Part shown: positions 1 to 8,622 of the stretch, piece by piece | Layout: each line of letters starts with the position of its first letter | Position numbering within the stretch: position 1 is the first letter of the stretch | Virus record (IMG/VR): IMGVR_UViG_3300045391_005020 | DNA: 64,000 nt | Source of the DNA: a virus | Lineage: Duplodnaviria; Caudoviricetes | Direction: 5' to 3' (one strand) | The notes under the pieces: generated by a model | The model's input: the letters and a program-made list of their open reading frames with translations, nothing else | Databases searched by the model: none | Told to the model about the DNA's origin: nothing | Translations under genes and position numbers: made by a program

Positions 1-12
1 AAGGCGCTTTAT

Positions 13-26
13 GGGGGGGGGGGGGG
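13..26 (+). repeat. G14 homopolymer tract
   Basis: 14 consecutive G at the window edge, followed by AT-rich intergenic DNA. Confidence 0.9.
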
Positions 27-98
27 TACCATAACAATATATTTGATTCAAAGTATATAGACGTACAATTGGCCGGCCAGCAAAGGCCATGTCCATGT

Positions 99-749
99 AT
101 GCCAAGTAAGCCGAAATATACCAAAGAAGAAATGATAGAGAGAAGAAGGGATCGGAACAGAGTCTCGCGCGTGGGTCAAAGATATGGTGAGCTACAGGTT
201 ATCTCCCAGCGGTGGAATCCGCCGTCAGAACCTGGCGCCCGCGACGGCATGGTAATATGCACCCTTCGATGCAGCTGCGGTAAAATTGTCGAGTTGTCTT
301 CCCACGAGCTTGGAAGGCGTAAGCGTACTAACTGCGGATGCGCGACTGCTCCGATTCCAGCACGCGCGGATGTGGAGAACGATCAGGGCTGTGAGTTCAA
401 AGTCGGGTCAGTCGGATACGACATAGTGACCAACCGAATGCTGTGGTACATCGATAGTGCCTGTCGGCGTAATCTCGATTTTACGCTAACGCGAGTCCAA
501 TTCGAAAAGTTACTGTTCGGATCTTGCCATTACTGCGGGGCCCGCGGTCTATCGGAGGCTTCGAACCCAGCGCAGGGAATCCTCATCAACGGCGTGGACA
601 GAACTAACAACGGCCGCGGGTACCTGGATGGAAATTGTGTTTCATGCTGCAAGTACTGCAATATTGCCAAAAATACTCGTCCACCGCAGGTGTTCTTGGA
701 ATGGGTGGAGCGAATAGTAGCCATACACCCTCTACCTAAGGCGTCCTGA
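99..749 (+). CDS. HNH-family (homing-type) endonuclease
   Basis: N-terminal GQRYGELQV...CSCG...CGC module; C-terminal CHYCG...NGVDR...GY...NCVSCCKYCNIAK nuclease motif; ATG at 99 preferred over TTG at 69. Confidence 0.8.
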   Translation: MPSKPKYTKEEMIERRRDRNRVSRVGQRYGELQVISQRWNPPSEPGARDGMVICTLRCSCGKIVELSSHELGRRKRTNCGCATAPIPARADVENDQGCEFKVGSVGYDIVTNRMLWYIDSACRRNLDFTLTRVQFEKLLFGSCHYCGARGLSEASNPAQGILINGVDRTNNGRGYLDGNCVSCCKYCNIAKNTRPPQVFLEWVERIVAIHPLPKAS

Positions 750-750
750 T

Positions 751-1494
751 ATGCCTGTGGTCGAAACAGTCGGGCAGCGCTTTGGTCGTTTGACGGTTAT
801 CTCGGAGCACAACGTGCGCTCGCCGGGCGGCGGGTACCCTAAGCGGTGTCGAGTTAGATGTGATTGTGGCAATGAATATGAAACTTGGGCATCCACGTTA
901 TTCGGCCCCAATTGCCCAAAAAGCTGCGGTTGCCTGCGTCCGGACGGCGCGCTCGGGCCGAGCGACCGCGACTCTATAGTAGGTCAGAAATTTACCAAGC
1001 TACTGGTGCTTTCGCAGTGTAATGACGGGCATCCTTCGTGTGAGTGCCTGTGCGACTGTGGAAAGACAATTACAGCTAAACCATCCGCTCTTAAAAACGG
1101 TAATAAGGTGAGCTGTGGATGTTGGAAAAGAAGTGCCAGGAGAAAGACGCCGGAGGAGGCAGTCCCTGCCAGCCTGTGGCACGCATACAAGCAAGGCGCC
1201 TTACGTAGGGGTCTATCGTTCGATCTAACAAAAGACGAGTTCAAAGCCCTCATCCTATCGCCATGTCACTACTGCGGCGCCGTAGGAAGTTGCAAGACCA
1301 AGATACGCAAGCATGTTCTAGCGCGAAACGGGGTCGACCGCATCGATAGCGATCAGGGGTACTCCCGTACCAACTGCGTGCCATGTTGCGAAGACTGCAA
1401 CACCGCCAAGGACGATCTTCCAGTGGAGATGTTTTTGGGATGGGCCCATCGCGTTTCGGCCCACCAGGCCGGTCTCGTAAATACACTGGCCTAG
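751..1494 (+). CDS. HNH-family (homing-type) endonuclease, paralogue of upstream gene
   Basis: Two GQ(R/K)F..L.V...CxCDCG...SCGC modules plus CHYCG...NGVDRIDSDQGYSRTNCVPCCEDCNTAK. Confidence 0.85.
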   Translation: MPVVETVGQRFGRLTVISEHNVRSPGGGYPKRCRVRCDCGNEYETWASTLFGPNCPKSCGCLRPDGALGPSDRDSIVGQKFTKLLVLSQCNDGHPSCECLCDCGKTITAKPSALKNGNKVSCGCWKRSARRKTPEEAVPASLWHAYKQGALRRGLSFDLTKDEFKALILSPCHYCGAVGSCKTKIRKHVLARNGVDRIDSDQGYSRTNCVPCCEDCNTAKDDLPVEMFLGWAHRVSAHQAGLVNTLA

Positions 1495-1591
1495 TCAAGT
1501 GTAATGTCCTGACTGGACTGCTCTAAGAGACAATGAAGTTGCCAGGGCTACAGCCCATCGAGACAATAGTGTTGTCTCCAGGGGAAGCCAC

Positions 1592-2326
1592 ATGGCGGAG
1601 CAGCCCGACAGAATACAGGTAACCGCGGAAGAGCTGCGTGATGAGATGATCACGATCATGGCCGACCTGGTCATGGAGCGAGATGCCCTCAAGTTCGGCA
1701 AGTTCCTGCTGCGAGCCAATAAGTCGAGTCCGTACCAGATCGACGTCGGGGCCATGTGCCGCGGTCGCGATACCTTCACGATCGGCCGCGCCTACGCGCT
1801 TGCCATCAACCACAACTTCGGTCCAGATCTGAAGACTCTGGTCGGGGTTCCGGGCCGCGGAATCGCGATGGCGACTGTAGCCTCGTTCTACTACGCCCAC
1901 ATGTATAACTACGACTGCGCGTGGTCGTTTCCGAACCTCGCCGCGGCCAAACCGGACGAGCCGATCCCGTTCTGCGGCGCCCCGCTCGACGAAGAGTCGG
2001 CCGTGGTGATCGTCGATGACATCCTGTCCGACGGTACGGCGATCCGGGACACTATCGAGATGGTGAAGAAAACCGGCGCCAAGATTATGGGGGTCTGCTG
2101 CCTCATCGATCGCCGCGATCGCACAAAATCGAACCGGTTGGCTTCGACCGATATCGAACGCGAGACCGGCGTGCCGGTGGTCAGCTGCTGCACAGTCGCG
2201 GACCTCGTCCGTAAAATGCCTAGTTCGTACCTATCTGATGAAAAGCGCGAGCTGGTAATCAAGCACGTGACGGTGGAAACTGGTCCGCCCTTGCTACCGC
2301 CGTTCAATAAGCTGACGAACCTTTAG
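1592..2326 (+). CDS. pyrE: Orotate phosphoribosyltransferase-like type I PRTase (divergent)
   Basis: ALKFGKFLL...SPY N-terminal motif, PRPP-binding VVIVDDILSDGTAI, C-terminal GVCCLIDR; flexible catalytic loop not canonical. Confidence 0.7.
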   Translation: MAEQPDRIQVTAEELRDEMITIMADLVMERDALKFGKFLLRANKSSPYQIDVGAMCRGRDTFTIGRAYALAINHNFGPDLKTLVGVPGRGIAMATVASFYYAHMYNYDCAWSFPNLAAAKPDEPIPFCGAPLDEESAVVIVDDILSDGTAIRDTIEMVKKTGAKIMGVCCLIDRRDRTKSNRLASTDIERETGVPVVSCCTVADLVRKMPSSYLSDEKRELVIKHVTVETGPPLLPPFNKLTNL

Positions 2327-4755
2327 GCCTGACTGCGGGACCAGGCTCCGACCAGGTCCCACATGTTCTGGCTCACGATCCAGTGACCTACGTCGGATCC
2401 GACTAGCATTCCTGCCTGAGCTAGCTGCTTGGTCAGGCGCCCAATGTCCGCCGGCGCCAATACCGGGCTCGCAAATGCGGCCCTGACGTCAGCGTGTTCG
2501 ATCCTGATTCCGTCTTGGGTCTGCCGGATCGGCAAGATGTTCTCGTCGGCGAGTCTGCGGAGTAACCCGAGCGTCTTGGTTCCGATCGTGTGCTCAGACA
2601 GGATCCAGTTTGAATCCAATTGGGCAGCGCAGCTGAGCAGCAGGTGCTGTGGCCGGCTGAGGCTGACCACTGGTCCGACGATTTCGGCGATGCTGGTGAA
2701 GAAGCAGTCTGGTTTTATCAGGTCAGCGGTCGCGATCAGGATCGGGAGCGCCCGAAATACCCACCGGAGTGCCTGGAAGTCGCAGACGGATTCGACCGGG
2801 AGCCTGAGCCACTCGGGGTTCACCGCCAAGAGCTCGAACGAGCGCCGATCCAGCGACAGCATGACGTGCTTCGGCCCCGGATGGCGCATCAGTTCGACCA
2901 ACTTCTCATCCGACCATCGGCCCATAACCGGGAGGGGCCACATGGCTTCATTTTGGACGCGCTCGACCGAGGGATCGACTGAGGCCGACATCGCGAAGGC
3001 TTCGGCGGTGCGTTCCACCACGTGATTTGCCGACTGGACCGCGATGCAGAACGGTTGCTGGCCCGCATGGGTCCTGACCAGGTTGCCCAGCAGGGCCAAA
3101 ACCATCATGCAGAACCCTGGATCCAGGAATGCTTCCCACTCGGCGGGACTCAGGTTCTCCGGGTATGGGATATCGGGGCCTGCGACGCGCGACACCGCGT
3201 GCGAGACCGAATCCGAGTCGACCATGAAGCGCTGGAACCGCAGCACATCGCCTTCCCATCCGAACGGATGATCTGACGAGTAGGTCTTGATCGAGTCCTT
3301 GGAGAATTCGCGCCCGATATCGAGCAACCGAGCTCCCCACTTGGGTCCGTACCGGAACCACCCACCGTGCCTGGTGAGCAATTGCTCGAGCCACTTCACC
3401 GTTGCGGCTCCGCGGATCTTGGCTTTGTCTTCTTGGAACGGCACGACCTTGTCGTCGAACGACACGATGCCGCGCATGATCGAGTGACCCGACTTGGTGT
3501 CGTTGTGAATCTCGTCGATCCGGATCACCGCGTTGCTGACCAGCTTGCCATCCTGGGTCCAGCCGGATTTCGACTCGTCGATGCGGTCGCCATCAAATTC
3601 GATCGAGCGGCTGGTTGACGAATTACCGAAGTAGCGCGTCAGTTCGGCCGCGTCCTGGCCGGTGAAATGCGATTTGACCTGATTCTGCTCGGTGACGGTC
3701 AGACTCAGGTCTGCCGCACGTCGCGAACCTTCGGCGCCAGCACGTAGCAGGTAGGTTCCGATCGCCTGATAGGCCGGAACCGCAAGATTGGTCAGATGCC
3801 GGATCAGCGATTTCGACGTGTCCTTCTCGCGGTAGTCGGTCAGGAGCGAAAACTTCAAATCCCACTCCTGCACGGTGTGGGCGCCGTCATACCGGAGCGC
3901 CCGTTTGAGCCAGTGATGGATCGGCTGGTTATTCGATGATACCGGCAGGAACATAACGCGCTGATTCGCCAGCTGGTGTATCGGCTCTTCGTGACCAACC
4001 GGGATCGCGAACACCGTCATGCTGTTCTGATTGTCGACTGTTTGACGAACCATGAACCGCAAGGCGACTCGCGGGTCGTTGACCATCACGACTTGATCCT
4101 GCCCGATCCGGAGTGCATGTCCGTACGCGAGCGCCGCAGTGTAGCGCTGCAGTTTCACGAACATGTACCCCTGCGGGATCTTCTTGGGGTTCACCAGGTA
4201 GAGACCGACCAGACGGGACTGCTCCCAGACCGGTATCGCGAACGCGTGGTAGTTGCCCAGATCGGCCCGGAGCCGTTTCCGCTCCTCCTTGTCGAGGAAC
4301 AACTCCTCCAGGTCTGCCGCACCAAGGATCGAGTGGTTCCGTGCCAGGAGGTTTCCGTGGATCGCAAGGCTCATGCACCGAAGTTCGGTCAGGATCGCCT
4401 TCGCGGGCAGCGACATCCCTCCCTCAAGGCGCTTCTGGCCTTCCCGCCAGACCTTCAGGCAACGCTGGTTATAGTCCCGCTCCATCTGGTACGTGGACTG
4501 GCCAGCCTGGGTCATCTCAAGCCGCGCATCGATCTGGAGTTCGGCGACCGCCGCCGGCAGCTCCTGGCCGGATTTGCGCGCGTACAGCTCAACCACGTCC
4601 CCGATGAACCCGCACTGCTGGCAAATCAGGGTATCGGATCCCCGAACTTCTAACGCATCAACGGTTTGACACAAAGGGCATTGACACGAGAATGGTAGTA
4701 CATTCCGGTCACGGATTCCGCATTTTGCCAGAGCAAGGCTGAGGTCAATCTTCAT
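2323..4755 (-). CDS. Primase-like protein with N-terminal Zn finger, apparently degenerate TOPRIM and long C-terminal region
   Basis: CPLC...CQQCGFIGDVVELYA...AVAEL resembles the DnaG Zn-binding domain; FAIPVW...LVGL and YG...VVMV resemble the primase core; ATG 4755 (TTG 4767 alternative). Confidence 0.55.
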   Translation of the reverse strand: MKIDLSLALAKCGIRDRNVLPFSCQCPLCQTVDALEVRGSDTLICQQCGFIGDVVELYARKSGQELPAAVAELQIDARLEMTQAGQSTYQMERDYNQRCLKVWREGQKRLEGGMSLPAKAILTELRCMSLAIHGNLLARNHSILGAADLEELFLDKEERKRLRADLGNYHAFAIPVWEQSRLVGLYLVNPKKIPQGYMFVKLQRYTAALAYGHALRIGQDQVVMVNDPRVALRFMVRQTVDNQNSMTVFAIPVGHEEPIHQLANQRVMFLPVSSNNQPIHHWLKRALRYDGAHTVQEWDLKFSLLTDYREKDTSKSLIRHLTNLAVPAYQAIGTYLLRAGAEGSRRAADLSLTVTEQNQVKSHFTGQDAAELTRYFGNSSTSRSIEFDGDRIDESKSGWTQDGKLVSNAVIRIDEIHNDTKSGHSIMRGIVSFDDKVVPFQEDKAKIRGAATVKWLEQLLTRHGGWFRYGPKWGARLLDIGREFSKDSIKTYSSDHPFGWEGDVLRFQRFMVDSDSVSHAVSRVAGPDIPYPENLSPAEWEAFLDPGFCMMVLALLGNLVRTHAGQQPFCIAVQSANHVVERTAEAFAMSASVDPSVERVQNEAMWPLPVMGRWSDEKLVELMRHPGPKHVMLSLDRRSFELLAVNPEWLRLPVESVCDFQALRWVFRALPILIATADLIKPDCFFTSIAEIVGPVVSLSRPQHLLLSCAAQLDSNWILSEHTIGTKTLGLLRRLADENILPIRQTQDGIRIEHADVRAAFASPVLAPADIGRLTKQLAQAGMLVGSDVGHWIVSQNMWDLVGAWSRSQA

Positions 4756-6283
4756 GAACGCGATCAATTATCACAAGATGAGTCGCCTGCTGGCTGTAAC
4801 TGGCCGTCCTGCATATGTTAAGGTGGCCGGCGAGCAAGTCGACCCCGCAACTCCGGTGTATGCCGATCCCATCAAGAAGTTGTATCCCGTCCAGACCAAA
4901 GAAGCTACGTTCCTATCGTTTGTCAACGCTATTGATCAGAATGCTGACTCCCAGCAAATTCAGGAGATCCGCAAGTACGCGGCCTTCTGGAAAATCGAGG
5001 CTGACCTGGACGCCGCTGAGCAGGCCCTGATCGCCGACCGGACCGAGATGAGCCTGTCCGAGCTCCCCGACAGCGACTTTGCCCTGTGTCAGAAGCACGG
5101 CTCCGAAACGATCCGTAAATACGCCGCCGTCGACCCGACCACGACCGTCGAAGCCGCAATTGCGTTCTACGAGAACCGCACCCGCTACCCGCTCGAGTGG
5201 CGCAAGCAGGCCGCCGTGAACCTGCTGGCCCGCGCTGACCAGTTCGCGACACCGCTGCCGGCCTACGTCTCAGAATACCTCCACAAGGCCGCCGGCTACG
5301 CTGTCGCGACCACTGAAGCGATAGACCAGGCCCTCGGGGCCCGGATCGACCTGACGCCGGCGCGCGACCACGAGGCCCTCAACAAGATCGCGGTCGTCCT
5401 GAATAAGATCGCCGAGTCCGAAGAGCTCCGGTACAACACCGAGCTGGTCGCGGAAGTCCTGGGCGCGATGGATGAATACGATCGCGACATCAAACTCGCC
5501 CAGCATTACGAATCCGGCCGCCTTCCGCTCCCGGAAGAGATGCTGGCCATGACCGAAACCAGTCTCCAGAAGTACGCTGGTTGCCAGAACCGCATCGTGC
5601 GCCTCGTGAACGGCCATGAAGTCGACGTCGCCGATTTGTCGGTCGACGCGCTCGACGCGGTCGACGAGAAGCTCGCGGGCATGAGCCTGTCGAAGCTCGC
5701 CGAGGTTCTCCCGACTCTGCCAAAACCGGAAGCCGATCTCCTGATCGAGCTCCTCCCGGCTGCGCAGCACTGGAAGACGGCTGGCGACGAGACCAAGGCG
5801 GTCACTCCGGCCCCGACGCCGAATCCTGCTCCCGCTCCGGCCCCGACGCCGAATCCTGCTCCCGCGCCTGTGAATCCCAGCTTCGGTACTCCGGCCGCCG
5901 CGACCCCGGCACCGGTCACTCCGGCGCCAACCTCGGCCCCGGCGGTTCAGCCCGCCGCCCAGCCCGCGGCGACCCCGGTCGGCAACAATGCCTCGCCGGA
6001 TGAGTCGATCGATGACTACATCAACCGCATCAGCGCCCCCAAGACGGCGCCGGCGCCGACGATGAACAACACGCTCGACAACAGCACCGATATGGACGCC
6101 GACGCCGCGGCATTCGCTGCGAGTCCGGTGAAGAACTTCCAACCGGTCAAGCAGGTGGTCCCCGGCGCAACGCTTCCCAACGGCAACATCAAGGTTCCGC
6201 CCGGCAAGCTGTGGGTCGACACCCCAGAAGGCCGGCGCGCGACCGCTCGCGATCCGAACTTCCATCGCGGTTCGAACAAATAA
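4754..6283 (+). CDS. Hypothetical phage protein, helical K-x-A-rich body with Pro/Ala-rich tail; predicted internal head protein
   Basis: 509-aa ORF with phage-typical codon usage; 14 of 26 Lys in K-x-A context; start may be ATG 4778. Confidence 0.7.
   Translation: MNAINYHKMSRLLAVTGRPAYVKVAGEQVDPATPVYADPIKKLYPVQTKEATFLSFVNAIDQNADSQQIQEIRKYAAFWKIEADLDAAEQALIADRTEMSLSELPDSDFALCQKHGSETIRKYAAVDPTTTVEAAIAFYENRTRYPLEWRKQAAVNLLARADQFATPLPAYVSEYLHKAAGYAVATTEAIDQALGARIDLTPARDHEALNKIAVVLNKIAESEELRYNTELVAEVLGAMDEYDRDIKLAQHYESGRLPLPEEMLAMTETSLQKYAGCQNRIVRLVNGHEVDVADLSVDALDAVDEKLAGMSLSKLAEVLPTLPKPEADLLIELLPAAQHWKTAGDETKAVTPAPTPNPAPAPAPTPNPAPAPVNPSFGTPAAATPAPVTPAPTSAPAVQPAAQPAATPVGNNASPDESIDDYINRISAPKTAPAPTMNNTLDNSTDMDADAAAFAASPVKNFQPVKQVVPGATLPNGNIKVPPGKLWVDTPEGRRATARDPNFHRGSNK
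5805..5865 (+). repeat. 30-bp perfect tandem repeat x2 encoding PAPTPNPAPA
   Basis: ctccggccccgacgccgaatcctgctcccg occurs twice head-to-tail. Confidence 0.9.
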
Positions 6284-6286
6284 TCC

Positions 6287-6997
6287 GTGCAACACGCCAG
6301 CGACCAGCTTCGGCGCGTCGCTGGACAGTTCCTGTCCGGCGAGCGTGAAACCTACGCCACCGTCCTGTTGGGCATCCTGTTCCAGGTCTACGGCGCGGAG
6401 TGTTTGAACTGGGATCCGCTCACTCTCCAGGCGCAGATCACCGAGGATTTCGGGGTCCACATGCCTGATGTGGTGAATGATCAGCTGATGGCGATGGTGG
6501 CTGCTATGACCAGCGACACAGTATACACATCGGTCCACGCATTCGACCAAACCGTGAACGCGTTCTGCCGCGTCGGCGTCGATCACGATCAGGATATGCC
6601 GGCCCCGGAAGAAGTCGCTTGGACCGTGTTCGAACTGACTATGAACGATCCGGATCCGTACGGTCAGACCTCAGAGTGGCCGTTCAGCCCGGATATAGCG
6701 CGCTACGTTGGCGTGGTGCTGGCGGACGCTGGCCTGAAGCGCGCCCCCGAGACCCTAGAGTTTGCGATCATGCCCGAGTGGGTTCCGAAGAATCTCGGGG
6801 ATCACCCGCAAGAATTCGCCGAGGCCTATCATTCGGCTGAAGAACAGTCCGCCCAGATCGACCAGTTCGTCCAGAAGCACTTCCAGGTGCTCGTCAGCCA
6901 CCTGCACGAGATCGGGGTCGAACCGGCTCCGCCAGCCCTGGCACAAGCAGAGGATCTGCCTGAAGAAAGCCCGCTAGATCGGCTGCTTCCTGGCTGA
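6287..6997 (+). CDS. Hypothetical acidic phage protein
   Basis: 236-aa ORF starting 3 nt after the upstream stop, globular composition. Confidence 0.75.
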   Translation: MQHASDQLRRVAGQFLSGERETYATVLLGILFQVYGAECLNWDPLTLQAQITEDFGVHMPDVVNDQLMAMVAAMTSDTVYTSVHAFDQTVNAFCRVGVDHDQDMPAPEEVAWTVFELTMNDPDPYGQTSEWPFSPDIARYVGVVLADAGLKRAPETLEFAIMPEWVPKNLGDHPQEFAEAYHSAEEQSAQIDQFVQKHFQVLVSHLHEIGVEPAPPALAQAEDLPEESPLDRLLPG

Positions 6998-7190
6998 ACA
7001 GGTGCGATCGCACGATCGCGCTGAACAGGTCATCGGAAAGTTCCGAGGTTTCGGTTTGTTTTCCGCATTCCCCGCACGGCTTCTGGGCACGCACGCGTTT
7101 CACGTATGCCGCGGCCGGCTTGAGCGAATTGAATTTCCCCAAGAGCGCGGTGCTGACCAACAGTTCCTTGGTCAGGACCTTACTAGACAT
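6894..7190 (-). CDS. Small CxxC-containing hypothetical protein
   Basis: Start overlaps upstream stop; PCGECG motif; 3' end overlaps the convergent gene by about 100 nt. Confidence 0.55.
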   Translation of the reverse strand: MSSKVLTKELLVSTALLGKFNSLKPAAAYVKRVRAQKPCGECGKQTETSELSDDLFSAIVRSHLFSQEAADLAGFLQADPLLVPGLAEPVRPRSRAGG

Positions 7191-7593
7191 CGGTGGTCAG
7201 GTCCGAAGTGATCGCGATCGTGCTGATCACGCTCAAGTCGGAATTGATCTTCGCCATCTCGTCGGCAAGGACCTTGAGCTCGGCCAGGATCTCGTCCTGG
7301 ATCTCGAGGGCCTCGATCTTGCTGCCAAATACCAGATCGATTTCGGCTGAGCGGAACCAGCCGGTCTTCTCGTCCGGCAGATCGATCTGGAAATCGACCA
7401 GGTCGGACGGACGGCAGATCGCGCTGAACATGTCGGCTTCGCCTTGGCGCTGGAACAGGAACACGGCACCATCGGCGAAACCGCGGACCGGACTGCACAC
7501 CATTTTGATCCTGTAACCCTGCGTGCGGCCATCGACGAAGTCGGTGGTCTGCTGGGAGGCGATCGAAAGTTCAAATGCTGGAACTGCGGTCAT
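7183..7593 (-). CDS. Hypothetical protein
   Basis: 136-aa ORF coupled to both neighbours. Confidence 0.7.
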   Translation of the reverse strand: MTAVPAFELSIASQQTTDFVDGRTQGYRIKMVCSPVRGFADGAVFLFQRQGEADMFSAICRPSDLVDFQIDLPDEKTGWFRSAEIDLVFGSKIEALEIQDEILAELKVLADEMAKINSDLSVISTIAITSDLTTDV

Positions 7594-7849
7594 GGAACAC
7601 CTGTTTGGCGCTAGCGATCAATTGTGGGACGAGTGATTTTAGGGCCGGGTTGGCCTCGACGAAATTGGCAATCTCGATCTGGAGATGAGTCAGCCGTTCG
7701 ATGCGTTTCCGCTCCTCGCAGGCGCTGCACCCTTCTTTGACGGTGCCAGCTTCGATGACGCGTTTCCGGTACGGCGTCAACTCTGGCGCCATCCCGTCGA
7801 GCAGCGGCGAGTCGAGCATAATCAGTAGGTCAAAATCGTTGTCGCTCAT
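7571..7849 (-). CDS. Small CxxC-containing hypothetical protein
   Basis: ATGA overlap with upstream gene; GCSACEE motif in a helical context. Confidence 0.7.
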   Translation of the reverse strand: MSDNDFDLLIMLDSPLLDGMAPELTPYRKRVIEAGTVKEGCSACEERKRIERLTHLQIEIANFVEANPALKSLVPQLIASAKQVFHDRSSSI

Positions 7850-8622
7850 GCGAGGTAGGCCTTCCAGCGAACGCGTCCGCCTGCCTGGACTGCAGCGCGC
7901 TCCAGTGTGACGGTATCGCCCTGAATCATCGGTTCTCGATCGGCGTTCACGATCTCGTTTTGGCTAGCATCCAGCTGTTCACCGACGTCTCCGAGAATTC
8001 CGGCGTTATCGACAACCGGGACTTCAGCACCAGGTGCGTACGCGGTCGCGCAGCACGCACTCGCCATCGGGCTGGTGGTGCCTCCTACCGTGTCGGTTCC
8101 GACCGTGAATCCGGTGCCGCCGTCGGTCGGGAGTGTTGCGTTGATGGTGAGCCCGGCTCCGCACTGGTTGTTGTCGCGATTGCTGGTCGGCGGGTCTACC
8201 GTGATACCCGACGGGTACCCGGTCGCCGAATTCACGCTCGCACTGATAATCGTGCACGGGAACTTCAGTTTCTGGATCAGGGTTGGACGACACGCGTCAC
8301 CGTTTCGGTGCGTAACCGAGTGTTCGACCGATCCTGCATCGCCGGTTTCGATCTCGATGTCCTGCTGGATGGTCGGGCAGTGGGTTCCGAGGCTGGGCGG
8401 GAATGGCGGCAACTGCGGATGCAGGGGGCGCGGCTGCTTGAGCTTTCCGAGCGGTTCGGTCACGAACGCATACGGCCGCACCTTAAACAGCGGTGTCGCG
8501 TGACACGACTTGGTCTCGAACGGCTGCGCGTCCACGCACGAAGCGGAATGCGCTACCGTCGGATACTTGTCAGTATCGTCCAGGTCAGGCAGCTCGACTG
8601 GGCCGAAGTCAAGGTTGGGCAC
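7846..8622 (-). CDS. Cys/Thr/Pro-rich putative virion (baseplate-associated) protein
   Basis: 258-aa ORF at the end of the baseplate operon, 8 Cys. Confidence 0.6.
   Translation of the reverse strand: MPNLDFGPVELPDLDDTDKYPTVAHSASCVDAQPFETKSCHATPLFKVRPYAFVTEPLGKLKQPRPLHPQLPPFPPSLGTHCPTIQQDIEIETGDAGSVEHSVTHRNGDACRPTLIQKLKFPCTIISASVNSATGYPSGITVDPPTSNRDNNQCGAGLTINATLPTDGGTGFTVGTDTVGGTTSPMASACCATAYAPGAEVPVVDNAGILGDVGEQLDASQNEIVNADREPMIQGDTVTLERAAVQAGGRVRWKAYLA

Noticed and set aside
5805-5865. Possible CRISPR-like repeat
   Set aside because: Only two adjacent copies with no spacer, in frame within a Pro/Ala linker
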